Notes: generated by a model not told the origin, from the letters alone. DNA of 64,000 nucleotides from Antechinus flavipes (GCF_016432865.1 NC_067401.1:11904001-11968000), one strand, 5' to 3'; numbered from the stretch's first letter, positions 13,069 through 23,180 are shown. Numbers and translations are program-made.

Positions 13069-13217
13069 TTTTTTTTTTTTTATCCTGAGGCATTTAGGGT
13101 TAAGTGACTTGCCCAGAGTCACACAGCTAGGAAGTATTAAGTGTCTGAGGTCAGATTTGAACTCTGGTCCTCCTGACTTCAGGGCTAGTGCTCTATCCAG
13201 TGTGCCATCTAGCTATC
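13069..13217 (-). mobile_element. WSINE1-like SINE
   Basis: Poly-T + 'ttaagtgacttgcccagagtcacacagctaggaagtattaagtgtctgagg...gtgctctatccagtgtgccatctagct'. Confidence 0.85.
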
Positions 13218-13299
13218 TCGGCTGTCAGAAACCTGTTGAAAGCTTAATCCCTTAATATGATAGGAAGCTGAGGGAATTTCAGTCTAGCCCTGATTGGAT

Positions 13300-16200
13300 T
13301 GGGAATGGGAGGGGGAAGATCACTATCTACCAGAAGAAAAAGAAAAAAAGTGATAGGGCAATATAAGGATTTCAAGAAGAAAATTAAATAAAAACCATGT
13401 ACAAGTAATTATGTCAACAAGGAATCCCAAAATTAGAAGGAAAAATGAATATTAAATCTTCAAAGAAAGCACAAAGCTATCTCACTCAAACATTTCAAAA
13501 TAAGTGAGTCAGTGTCTAATGAAATGTAGGATCCTATGGAATACCAAAAAAACATGGAATAATAAAGAGATTCTAGAATAGTTCAAAAGAAAAATGAAGA
13601 CTACAAGAGAAGAAATGAGGAAGGAATATATATATTTCAGAATTCACAGCTTCAATGCAGAAATTAAGAGAATAAAACTAAGCAGGTTCTTCAAAGAAGC
13701 TAAAGAAATGAACATGGATGAAAAAAAAAATACTGAATTGGAGAAAAAGCTGTCAGAAGAAAAATAAAGGACATAATGTTAAAAGAGCACATCATTTCTA
13801 TATTACTCAAAACCACTGCCTCTGTATACACAGCAGCAGCTTAAGGACCATAGGTCTCCTGGAAGAACCAACTAATTATAGGAAATCAAATTAACAAAAT
13901 AAATGAAATAGTAAACAAAACAAAACAAACAAAAAAGTTCCAAATTGTTTGGACAGTTCACAGTGCCACCAATAGTGCATTAGTGTGTTTTTCTATATCC
14001 TCTCCAGCATTTGCATTATTCTTTTTACATTTTCATTTTGGCCAATTTGAGGGATATGAGGTGTTCTCATCAAGCTAATTTAGCTTGCATTTCTTTAATT
14101 ATTACCTAGAACATTTTTCATATGAACCAGCAATTTTTAAATCAAAGCCACACTTATCAGTTAAGGAATGGTTCTTAAACTTATAAATTTCATTTAGTTT
14201 CTTCTATATTTTCAAAATGATCTTTATCAGATAAACTTGCTCTAAAGATTTTTCCCAGTTTCCTTCTTTTCCTCTAATTTTAGCTGCCTTGGTTTTGCAA
14301 AAAGTGTAACACCTTTAATTTTTAATTTTACAAAGATTAATTGATTCCAACATGGTGAAAGCATATATAGGGAATTGATGGCAAGGGAAGGAAACTTTGA
14401 TTTGCCAGGTCACAAGGATGTTGTACAGAAGAGAATGCTGACTACTAAGACCATAATAAGAGGTAGAAAAGGAGCTTCATTTCAAAAGCCCCATTTTGAA
14501 GGATTTTGGTTTCTCTGAGGGAAAAGAACCTGTAGTAGAGGCTCTGAGGAAGAATTTAGAAGCTGTCCCTCTGGGTCCTAATGGATCCTCTGGCCAGGAT
14601 CATTTTACCCTATCAAGCCTTTAGAAAGGATCAACAACAACAAAATTCTACCAAATTTTCATCACATATAGAGAAATATTTGACAAATTTGTCAGGCCAA
14701 ATCAGATTGAAGTCTACAATGTGCTAAGCAGCAGCACCAGTTACTCAGCTAGACCACCTACCATCCCAGAGAATCTGAGACCCAAAGGACCAGGTTTCAT
14801 TTTTTTTTTGTTACATGGAGTATATCCCAGTTCTTCTGTCATTACACAATTGTAGCCTGTCAAGGGACGTGGCAATTAACCTGCATACTGGAGGCCTTCA
14901 TTCTCAGGCAGGATGCAAAGAGTAGCCTGTTAATTAGGACCTGGAAACACATGGGAATGGGTCCTATGATCCTGAAAAGGACAACTGGAGACTGCAATAT
15001 TAGAGTCGAATATAATCCCAAAGAATTAAAAACAGACTTATTAAACCATCTATTAAAGTCTAGAGGACTTTCAGGCATTCCTGATGAAAAACCAGAGCTG
15101 AGTAAAATCTTTCAAATGTGAACCCAAGAGAAAAAACCTAGAGGAATAAATGCATTTGAACATTGAAAAGGAGCTATATGGTTATGAAGTGCTTACATTC
15201 TAAGAGGGAAAAGTTTCTTTTCAGAATCTCACCAGCTTCAGGGTCACAGATGAACTAAAGAAAAACAAACAGAATAGAAGATGGGTTTGTTCTGTTTGGG
15301 AGATTTTAAGAAAGGAAAAAGGGAAGGGGTAAAAACACAAATAAATTCTGGACTTGGTAAATAAAGTATGAATAGATGAATTGGAACAAATCGGATAAAA
15401 TAAAGATTACTCTTGTGCATCAGATTCCTTTTCTATATTATCCACCCCTTCTTGGTTAAAAAGAAGGCTAAGAGAAAAAGGAAAAAGCATGAGGATATAA
15501 GAGAAAATAAGTGAATAGGAACATATTAGACAGCAGAATGCAGAGTTTTCAAGGAACACATTTGAAACAAAGATTAATGCATCAAAAAAACCCTCAAAAA
15601 AGAAGCCTATCTCAGACAAGGCAATAATATAAATAGACCTGATTAAAGGAGATAAGCAAGAAAACTATAATACAAAAAGGTATGATGAATATTGAAATAC
15701 TATTAACATTATTATATATATACCAAATGGCATAACATTTAAGTACTTTAGGAAAATTTGCAATGTATTCCTTTCAGACCTTAACAAATCTAACAAATAC
15801 ATAAATTAAGGATCTGAATGGTATTTTGGAAAAGTTAGATATGATGGGTCAGTGGTTATTACTGAATGGAAAAAGAAAGGAATATACATATTTCTCATTT
15901 GTACATGCAGAACTTTTACTGACAACAATGCAATAAAAATTCAGCAAAAGACATTTGCAGAAAGGATCCAAACATACATGGAGATAATTTGATCTTTAAA
16001 ATTGATGGGTCAAAGAACAACTCTTAGAAACAGTATTTCAGCTGTGAATGACTTTGCTGTTCTCAGCAATACAATGATCCAAGATTATTCTGAAGGATTT
16101 ATGATAGTGCTATTTATGCCCAGAGAAAGGACTGATTGTATCTCAATACAGATTGAAGTTTAACTTTATTTTTCTTGAGAATGTTTTTGGGGAGAGATGT

Positions 16201-17600
16201 ATGTTTTCTTTCACAATGACTTGTGAAAATGTTTTGTACATGAGCCTTAATGTGAAGGGAGGAGTGAGGAGGAAGGGAGAGAATCTGAAACTCAAAGTTT
16301 TAAAAACAAATGGGAAAACAATTTAAATTAAAAAAAAAAATTAGAAACAAAACAGTAGATATTTGATAAGTAAAAATAGACTAAAATTTGGGATGCAGCC
16401 AAAATAGCAAAAAGTTATATGTGTATGTGCTTGAATAAAATAAAATAAAATACATATAAACACGTAGCTGTACATGTGTGTAAATATACATGCATACATA
16501 TGTATATGCACATGCATTTACACTTCAAAAGAGAAGATTGATGAATTGAATAAAATAAAATAAAAACTAGGAAAGCAACAAATTTTAAAAACTAAAATAA
16601 CACAAAAATAGAAATTATGAAAATAATTGAAAAGAAAAATGAAAAACAAAAATATATTTAATTGATGAAAGTAGGAACATTTTTAGGGGTAAAGGCTAAA
16701 AGCATTATCTATTTTGTTAAGTACATTACACTAATTTTTTTTTTTTTAGTTTTATATATTTTATTTTAAAATAACTTTATATTGACAGAATCCATGCCAG
16801 GGTAATTTTTTTGCAACATTATCTCTTGCATTCGCTTCTGTTCTGATTTTTCCCCTCCCTCCCTCCACCCCCTTCCTTAGATGGCAAGCAGTCCTATATA
16901 TGTTAGATATATTGTATACACTAATTTTTAAAAACAAATTAGATAATGTATGATAATTAGATAACTATGCCAACAAAAATTAAAACTTGACATACACAAA
17001 TATTTGCAAAACTTAAAATAGCCAGATTAACAGATTAACAAAAGAATTCATCAAATAATCTAACCTCGGAAAAAGATATTGACCAAGAGAACTTTTTAGA
17101 AAAAAGAACTCAAAGGACAGATGAATTTACAATTGAATTCAATCAAACACTCAGCAATTCATTCCCAATTATATAGATAGAACTCCTCTAAGACAAATAT
17201 AATTCTTATACTTTAAACCAGGGGAAGATAAGGGAGAAAAAGAAATCCTATATATTACATATCTTATGATTATTGATGTTAAATTAATATTGATGTAAAT
17301 ATAAAATAAAATATTAACAAAGTGCCTTTACTATATTAGATTTATACCAGCCATGTAGGGTTGTTTCATTATTAGGAAAATAATAAACATAATAGATTAT
17401 GTTAACAACAAAAATTGCATATCAATAGATGCAGAAAAGGTTTTTAACATAATGACCTTTTACATTTAAAACACTAGAAAGCATAAGAACAAAGGGATCT
17501 TAATGGCATCCAATTATCTAAAACCTAGATCTTCCACACTTGGTGATGCAAAAGCACTAAAGGCATTAAAATAAGGACTAAAGGTATGATGTTCATTGTC
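13300..17600 (+). mobile_element. old degraded LINE-1 (ORF1 end, endonuclease/RT remnants)
   Basis: A-rich. ORF1-end-like 'gaggactttcaggcattcctgatgaaaaccagagctg' (~15065), EN-like 'atctcagacaaggca...atagacctgattaaaggagataag' (~15610) and RT-like 'atcaatagatgcagaaaagg' (~17420). No long ORF; interrupted by other inserts. Confidence 0.65.
16740..16916 (-). mobile_element. young 5'-truncated LINE-1 with TSD
   Basis: Poly-T then the young L1 3' end; 13-bp direct repeat tacactaattttt at 16727-16739 and 16917-16929. Confidence 0.85.
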
Positions 17601-17869
17601 ACCATTGTCATTTGATATATAACAATGGTGGGGAATGTCCTGCCCATGAAATCATTTGATCTGGCCCTACTAAATCAACCTCTGGTGACAGCTATCTCCC
17701 ACTGCTTCAGTTCTTTTAGCTGACAGAAGAGAAAAATTCCCTATTTCTGCTCTAGAAGCACTAGCTATTGAAGTAGAAAAAGAAACAAAGTGAGGGAATA
17801 AGCAAAAGATGAGTAAGAAATGATCCTCATTTTCACAGATAATATGACTGGAAGAACTGCAAACACACT

Positions 17870-18860
17870 TTTTTTTTTAAATAGTACTTTATTTTTCCAA
17901 ATACATACAAAGATAATCTACAACATTCACCTTTATAAAACTATAAAAATTGTTCCAAATTTTTCTCTCTCCCACCTCTCACCAAACAACTCAAAATTAT
18001 GTTAAACATGTGCAATTCTACACCTATTTCCACATTCATCATGCTGCACAAGGAAAACCAGATAAGATTTGAAAAAAAGCAAGCAACAACAAAGAAAGGT
18101 GGAAACACTATGCTTTGATCCACATTCAGTGTCCACAATTCTTTCTCTGGTTTCTGCTGTGTACAGTGTTCTCTTGATTCTGCTCCTTTTACTTAGCATC
18201 AGTTCATATAAGTCCCAGGTTTTCTGAAATCAGATTGTTCTTATGGAGCAATAATATTCTGTCACATTCCTATACCATAACTTTATTTAGACACTCTCCA
18301 AATGATGGGCACCCAGTCAGTTTCCAGTTCCTTCCTACAAACATTTTTGCACACGTGGGTCCTTTTCTTTAAATCTCTTTGGGATTCAGACCCACTAGAA
18401 ACAAAGGGTATGCAGAGTTTGATAACTCTTTGGCCATAATTCCAAATTGCTCTCCAGAATGGTTGGATCAATTTACATCTCCACCAACAATGTATTAAGT
18501 GTCCCAGTTTTCCCACATCTCCTCCAATGTTTATCCTTTCCTGTCATTTTAGCCAATCTGGTAGGTATGTAGTGAGTTGTCTTAATTTATATATCTCTAA
18601 TCAATAGTGATTTAGAGCTTTGTTTTATATGACTAGGTATAACCAATTTCTTTTTTCTGAAAATTGTACATATCCTTTTGGTCATTTATCAATTGGGGAA
18701 TTGTTGTATTCTTATTTATAAAAATACAAGAGTCAATTTTCTATATATTTAGAAATGAGGCCTTTATCATAAACACTGGCTATAAAATTTTTCCTCAGCT
18801 TTCTGCTTCTCTTCTAATCTTGGCTGCATTGATTTTTGCAAAACATTCTTTGCAGAAATA
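17870..18860 (-). mobile_element. LINE-1 3' end (ORF2 C-terminus + 3'UTR)
   Basis: ORF 18283-18516 'GKLGHLIHCWWRCKLIQPFWRAIW' is the L1 ORF2 Cys-rich C-terminal motif. Confidence 0.9.
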
Positions 18861-19538
18861 AGAGCACAAATTGGTGAAAGTTAATTGCTTGTGGTTGAAT
18901 CTTGCCAATAAGACTCAATAAAATGACAAAACTTCCTTAATTAATTTAAAGATTTGGTGTCGTACTCAAACTACCAAAGGATTACTTTATATTACTATAT
19001 AAAATAATAACAATTCAATGGGAAGAATAAAGCTTAAGAATATCAAGGGAAATGGGGGAAAAAACCTAAGGTGAAAATTACAGTTTATGAGAGATTCAGA
19101 GAAACCTAGGAAGAGTTATATGAACAGATACAGAATCAAGAAATCAGAACCCAGGAGGTATTTATGCAGTGACCGCAGCATTTTAGTATTAATCAACTTG
19201 GAAAAAATTAAGAATTCTGATTAGTGCAATGATTGATCAATCAGGACTCGAAAAGACTTAAGATAAAGCACATCTCCCACTTCTCCTAGAACAGTGACCG
19301 TAGGTACAAAATTCATAATCGGACCAATGGAACACATTTGTTTTGTTACAAAAGAGATCTTTATGGAGCTGGGGGTGGGGAAGAAGTTGTCAGAAGGGGA
19401 TTGTCATAAAGATTATTCTCCCTTCTCCCCCACCCCCCTGCCAAGGACAGTAATTGAAACTTTTTTTTAGACTCAGAAAAAAATAAAAGTTCGGAGGGTG
19501 ACACAGTAGCAGAACAATATTGGTATTACCATGTTAAA

Positions 19539-19544
19539 TTTAAT
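19539..19544 (-). terminator. candidate polyadenylation signal ATTAAA of the ADAM retrogene
   Basis: Plus-strand tttaat gives ATTAAA ~150 nt after the stop, followed on the minus strand by GU/U-rich sequence (tattgttctgctactgtgtc; ttttattttttt). Confidence 0.45.
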
Positions 19545-19695
19545 TTGTGTATATATATTTGAAACAAGAAAGAAAAACAGGAAAAAAGTGGCTCTGGGAT
19601 ACTGGACATCAGGCAGGGGGGCCAGCAGCTTAAGGCAGCCCAGGGTAGCCCGATGCCAAGTGTGACTGAGATTCCTAACACTTTCCCTCCTGTAA

Positions 19696-22215
19696 CTATT
19701 TCTGGGCGGGGGCTTCCTCTGTGACCGGCTTCCTTCCCATTTTCCACTTGTAGAAGATAAATAGCAGGATGGCGATGGCCACCACCAGGGTCAGGGACAC
19801 CAGCAGGGCCACCAGCACGTTCTTGACCCTTACGTGGAGCGGGACATTGATCCTGCGGGCCAGATTGAGCCTGTCTGCGTCCAGCAGGTCCTCCCTGAGC
19901 ATGGGGAGCTTCTTCTGGCAGTCCGGGGGCGCCCAGCCGGGGTCGCAGTGGCACTCGCGCTTGTGGTCGCAGACGCCCCGCTGGTGGCACTTCTGGGAGC
20001 AGTTCTTGGCGCCGTAGACGCTGAGGTCCTGGCAGCTGCTGTGGAAGCACACCTTCTTGTTGTCGCACTTGGTGCCCGTGGCCACCGTCACGAAGGGCTG
20101 GTGGTACTCGCTCTGGGTGATGGCCAGGTCGCAGCGCTGCTCCTCCAGGAGGAAGCTGCACAGGTGCCGCAGCGTGGGCCGGATGTGGCTGGGCCGGGAG
20201 CAGAACAGGTGGCCGCACATGTCGAGGCCCTTCCGGGAGGGGTAGAAGGCCTCGGTGCAGCCCTTGGCCAGCTTGAGCAGGAAGCACTTGTCCTTGGCCA
20301 CGTCGGCGCCCACGCCCCAGAGGGCCTGGCACTGCTGCGAGTAGGTGGGGCAGGTGCCGTTGTAGCAGTAGCCCTGCCAGCAGGGGGTGCCGTTCTCCTT
20401 GTACACGTTCTCGGGACACTTGGCCTGCTTGCCGTCGCAGTACTCGGCCAGGTCGCAGGCGCTCTGCGCCTCCCGGCAGACCTCGCCGGCCTGCAGCACC
20501 TGGCACGCCTGGCAGCACTCGCCCTCGGTGCACTCGGCGCCCGCCGCCAGCCGGCAGCTCTTGGCGTTGCAGCACTGGTTGGAGCACTCCTCCGGGAAGC
20601 CGCAGTCGCACTCCTCCCCCTTTTCCAAAAACTTGTTCCCACACACGGGCTTCTCCTCCAGCGTCTCCAGCACGGGGAAGTTGTTGAGGCAGCTCGAGGA
20701 GAAGATGTTCCCTCCGAGGAACTTCTGCAGGTTGTACTTGCTGCAGCTGCTGAACTTCTTGGGGAGCAGGGTGCCCGACTTGGAGGTCATGACGCAGCCG
20801 CCGTTCTGCGCGTTGTCGCACTGGCAGTCCTTGATGTTTTCGTCGTGGTCCATGCCCAGGTTGTGGCCCATCTCGTGAGCCAGCGTGGTGGCCACCCCGA
20901 AGGCGTTGGCGCTGAAGTCCTGGCTCACGCCGCCCGAGCCCTCGGTGCACATGGAGGCCAGCCTGGCCAGCCCCATGGCGGCGCCCCCGAAGCTGACCCC
21001 CGAGATGAGCTGCGCGTTGTCGTGCTGCTTCTTCCGGACCAGGTCCTTGACCCGCCACTTGAGGAAGCTGGACAGCGTGGTCTCGATGTTGGTGTCCACC
21101 GGGGCCTTGTTGCCTTTGTCCCAGATCTCCAAGCCGGTCAGAACCACCCGGAAGTTGATCTCCTGATAAAGCCGGTCCACGTGGTTGATGATCTCCTTCA
21201 CCCGCTGGCGCATCTTCTTGAGGCTGTTGTACTTCTTGTACTCCACGTTGTCCACCACCACGAAGAGCTCCACGTAGTGCGTGTCCTTCGGGGCGGAGCC
21301 CGGGATCCAGTTCTGGGGCAAAGGCACGGCCGCCATCATGGTCTCCAGCTCCCCTTTGAGGCTGACCTTGCCCACGGCGCAAGTCTTTTTTTTCTCCTTG
21401 AGGTCTTGCTGCCTGTAGATGGCGTGCTTGCCCTGGTCGCTCCGGTGCCGCTTCTCGTTGCCCACGTACCGGCCCTGGGCGCTGCTGCTCCTCTGCTGAC
21501 TCTCCGTGGTGCCGGGGCTCTCCGGACCGGTGCCCTGTCGCTCTCGGGTGCTGCCCTGCGTGGTCTCGGTGGTGCCCGGGCTTTTGTGGGCCCTGCCGGG
21601 TTTCTCCTGCTGCCGCTCGTAGCCCTGGTCGGTGCCGTTGCTGCGTCTCTTGGGAGAGCTGTCATGGCGCCCCTGGATGACGCCGTGTTGTCCCTGGGCG
21701 CCGCCCCGTCCCTCCTGGGAACTGCCGTGGTTCTCGTGGTCCAGGGGCTCGATCAGATGGACGGTGGAGCCGGTCTTGAAGAAGCCCCGGATCCCTCGGC
21801 AGATGCTGATGCTGGCCACGGAGCTCTGGTGCCCTTCCACGTGGCCCTGGTAGAAGCAGGGCTGCCCCGCCTGCGGCTTCTCGGTCACCTCGGTGCCATT
21901 GGCCAGGGTGTGGGTCTCCGTGTAGTCGGACCCCACCAGGTGCCGGTTCCTGCGGAGGAGGAGGGTGAAGTTGTTGCCCCTCAGGCCGAGGAGGTAGCGG
22001 ATGGTCTCGGGATACAGAGTTGGGCTTGAAGAGAGTTCGTTCAGGGCTCCCGAGATGGGTAACCGGAGAGGCTGGACCACTTCGTACCGCTCCACATGGG
22101 GAAGGCGGCCCGTGGGCAGGGGAGGGGGCGCCGAGAAGCCCCGGCACTCCCTGAGAATCCTTCCCAGGCAGAGGAGGAGGAGACAGCCCCAGAAGCAGCG
22201 GCCACCGGGAAGCAT
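19696..22215 (-). CDS. ADAM8-like: intronless ADAM8-like disintegrin and metalloproteinase (probable functional retrogene), 839 aa
   Basis: Single uninterrupted ORF: signal peptide; prodomain (YEVVQPLRLP, NFTL, YTETHTLANGTEVTE, CFYQGHVEG); cysteine switch (KTCAV); reprolysin domain with HEMGHNLGMDH (aa 447-457, nt 20845-20877) and Met-turn CVM; disintegrin, Cys-rich and EGF-like domains; TM helix aa ~800-822; short tail. The motifs HEMGHNLGMDHDEN, QxINFRVVLxGLEIW and GYCYNGxCPT, and the N-glycosylation sites NFT/NGT/NCS, match ADAM8 specifically as I recall it. ATG has A at -3. Confidence 0.95.
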   Translation of the reverse strand: MLPGGRCFWGCLLLLCLGRILRECRGFSAPPPLPTGRLPHVERYEVVQPLRLPISGALNELSSSPTLYPETIRYLLGLRGNNFTLLLRRNRHLVGSDYTETHTLANGTEVTEKPQAGQPCFYQGHVEGHQSSVASISICRGIRGFFKTGSTVHLIEPLDHENHGSSQEGRGGAQGQHGVIQGRHDSSPKRRSNGTDQGYERQQEKPGRAHKSPGTTETTQGSTRERQGTGPESPGTTESQQRSSSAQGRYVGNEKRHRSDQGKHAIYRQQDLKEKKKTCAVGKVSLKGELETMMAAVPLPQNWIPGSAPKDTHYVELFVVVDNVEYKKYNSLKKMRQRVKEIINHVDRLYQEINFRVVLTGLEIWDKGNKAPVDTNIETTLSSFLKWRVKDLVRKKQHDNAQLISGVSFGGAAMGLARLASMCTEGSGGVSQDFSANAFGVATTLAHEMGHNLGMDHDENIKDCQCDNAQNGGCVMTSKSGTLLPKKFSSCSKYNLQKFLGGNIFSSSCLNNFPVLETLEEKPVCGNKFLEKGEECDCGFPEECSNQCCNAKSCRLAAGAECTEGECCQACQVLQAGEVCREAQSACDLAEYCDGKQAKCPENVYKENGTPCWQGYCYNGTCPTYSQQCQALWGVGADVAKDKCFLLKLAKGCTEAFYPSRKGLDMCGHLFCSRPSHIRPTLRHLCSFLLEEQRCDLAITQSEYHQPFVTVATGTKCDNKKVCFHSSCQDLSVYGAKNCSQKCHQRGVCDHKRECHCDPGWAPPDCQKKLPMLREDLLDADRLNLARRINVPLHVRVKNVLVALLVSLTLVVAIAILLFIFYKWKMGRKPVTEEAPAQK

Positions 22216-22364
22216 GCTGGAGAGCGGACAGCGTCTGCCCCCTCCCGGGGAGGAGGACCTTCAGTCAGCGGGGCTCCACCACCTGCTGGGCAGGGATGTG
22301 GCCGGGAGGGGCATGCTGTGCCCAGCTCCCGTGTCTCTGCCTGGGCCTCCGGACCCCTCATCCC

Positions 22365-22387
22365 CTCCCGCCCCGGCAGTGACGTCA
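22365..22387 (-). promoter_or_regulatory. GC box + perfect CRE upstream of the ADAM retrogene
   Basis: TGACGTCA at 22380-22387 and GGGGCGGGAG (minus strand) at 22365-22374, 150-172 nt upstream of the ATG. Confidence 0.6.
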
Positions 22388-22589
22388 CAAAGGGCTTTCC
22401 ACCTAACAGTCCTGTGAGGGGCCCGGCCCTTCTTCTGCTCGCCCGACTGGTGCCCAATGTCTCCCCAGTTCTGAGGAACAAAGTGGGTGCCGTCCTCCCC
22501 TGGTGCACCGAGCAGGCCTCTGTAAATCCTGGGATCAGTTAGATGCCCTTGTTTTTCCTCAGTGCTATTCCAGCCTTCCAAACGTGTGC

Positions 22590-23180
22590 AAGACCCTGTA
22601 AGACCCTGTGTTCCAAGTTATTCTCCCTCCCTCCCTGCCCTTCCCCATCCCCAAGACAGCGATCAACCTCATACAGGTTAAACACATTCAGCCCTCCCCA
22701 ACACACCTCCATATTTGTCATTCTGAGCCAGAAAAATAAGACCAAAAGGGAAAAATCCATGAGAAAGTGAAAAACACACACCAAAAGGGGAAATTCTGTG
22801 CTCTGATCCAGATTCATTCTCCATAGATCCCTATCTCGGTGTTTTTAGCATTTTCTATCCAGTTTATTGGACTTGTCTTGGATCACAGAATCGCCTAGTT
22901 GGTGAGCACACAGCCCCGTACAATGTTTTCTTGGTGCTGCTGCTCCACCAACATCAGTTCATAGAAACTTTTCCGGGTTTTTCTGACATCGAGCTGTTCA
23001 TTTTTCATGGAACAATAATATTCCGTTATATTCCTATCCCATAACTTCCTCAGCCGCTCTCCAGCTCCTGGGCAGTCACTCAGTTTCCAGTTTTTCGCCA
23101 CCACAAACATTTTGCACACGTGGATCCTTGTCTGTCTTTCATGATTTCTTCTGTAGCAGAACTGCTGGATCCAAGGGTAT
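22590..23180 (-). mobile_element. LINE-1 3' end
   Basis: 'ccaagacagcgatcaacctcatacagg...cagtttccagtttttcgccaccacaaacattttgcacacg' antisense L1; ORF 22895-23119 resembles the ORF2 C-terminus. Confidence 0.85.

Noticed and set aside
19461-19468. T8 run as a possible retrocopy poly-A remnant
   Set aside because: Short, such runs are common here, and no matching TSD was found at the 5' side.
19526-21382. 618-aa same-strand alternative-frame ORF overlapping the ADAM CDS
   Set aside because: Its codons start at the third position of the ADAM codons, which is nearly always G/C, so T-initial stops are suppressed; the product is low-complexity G/R/P/Q sequence.
19834-22029. 731-aa antisense ORF
   Set aside because: Shadow ORF: antisense stops need TTA/CTA/TCA sense codons, which are rare at this GC3; no recognisable domain.
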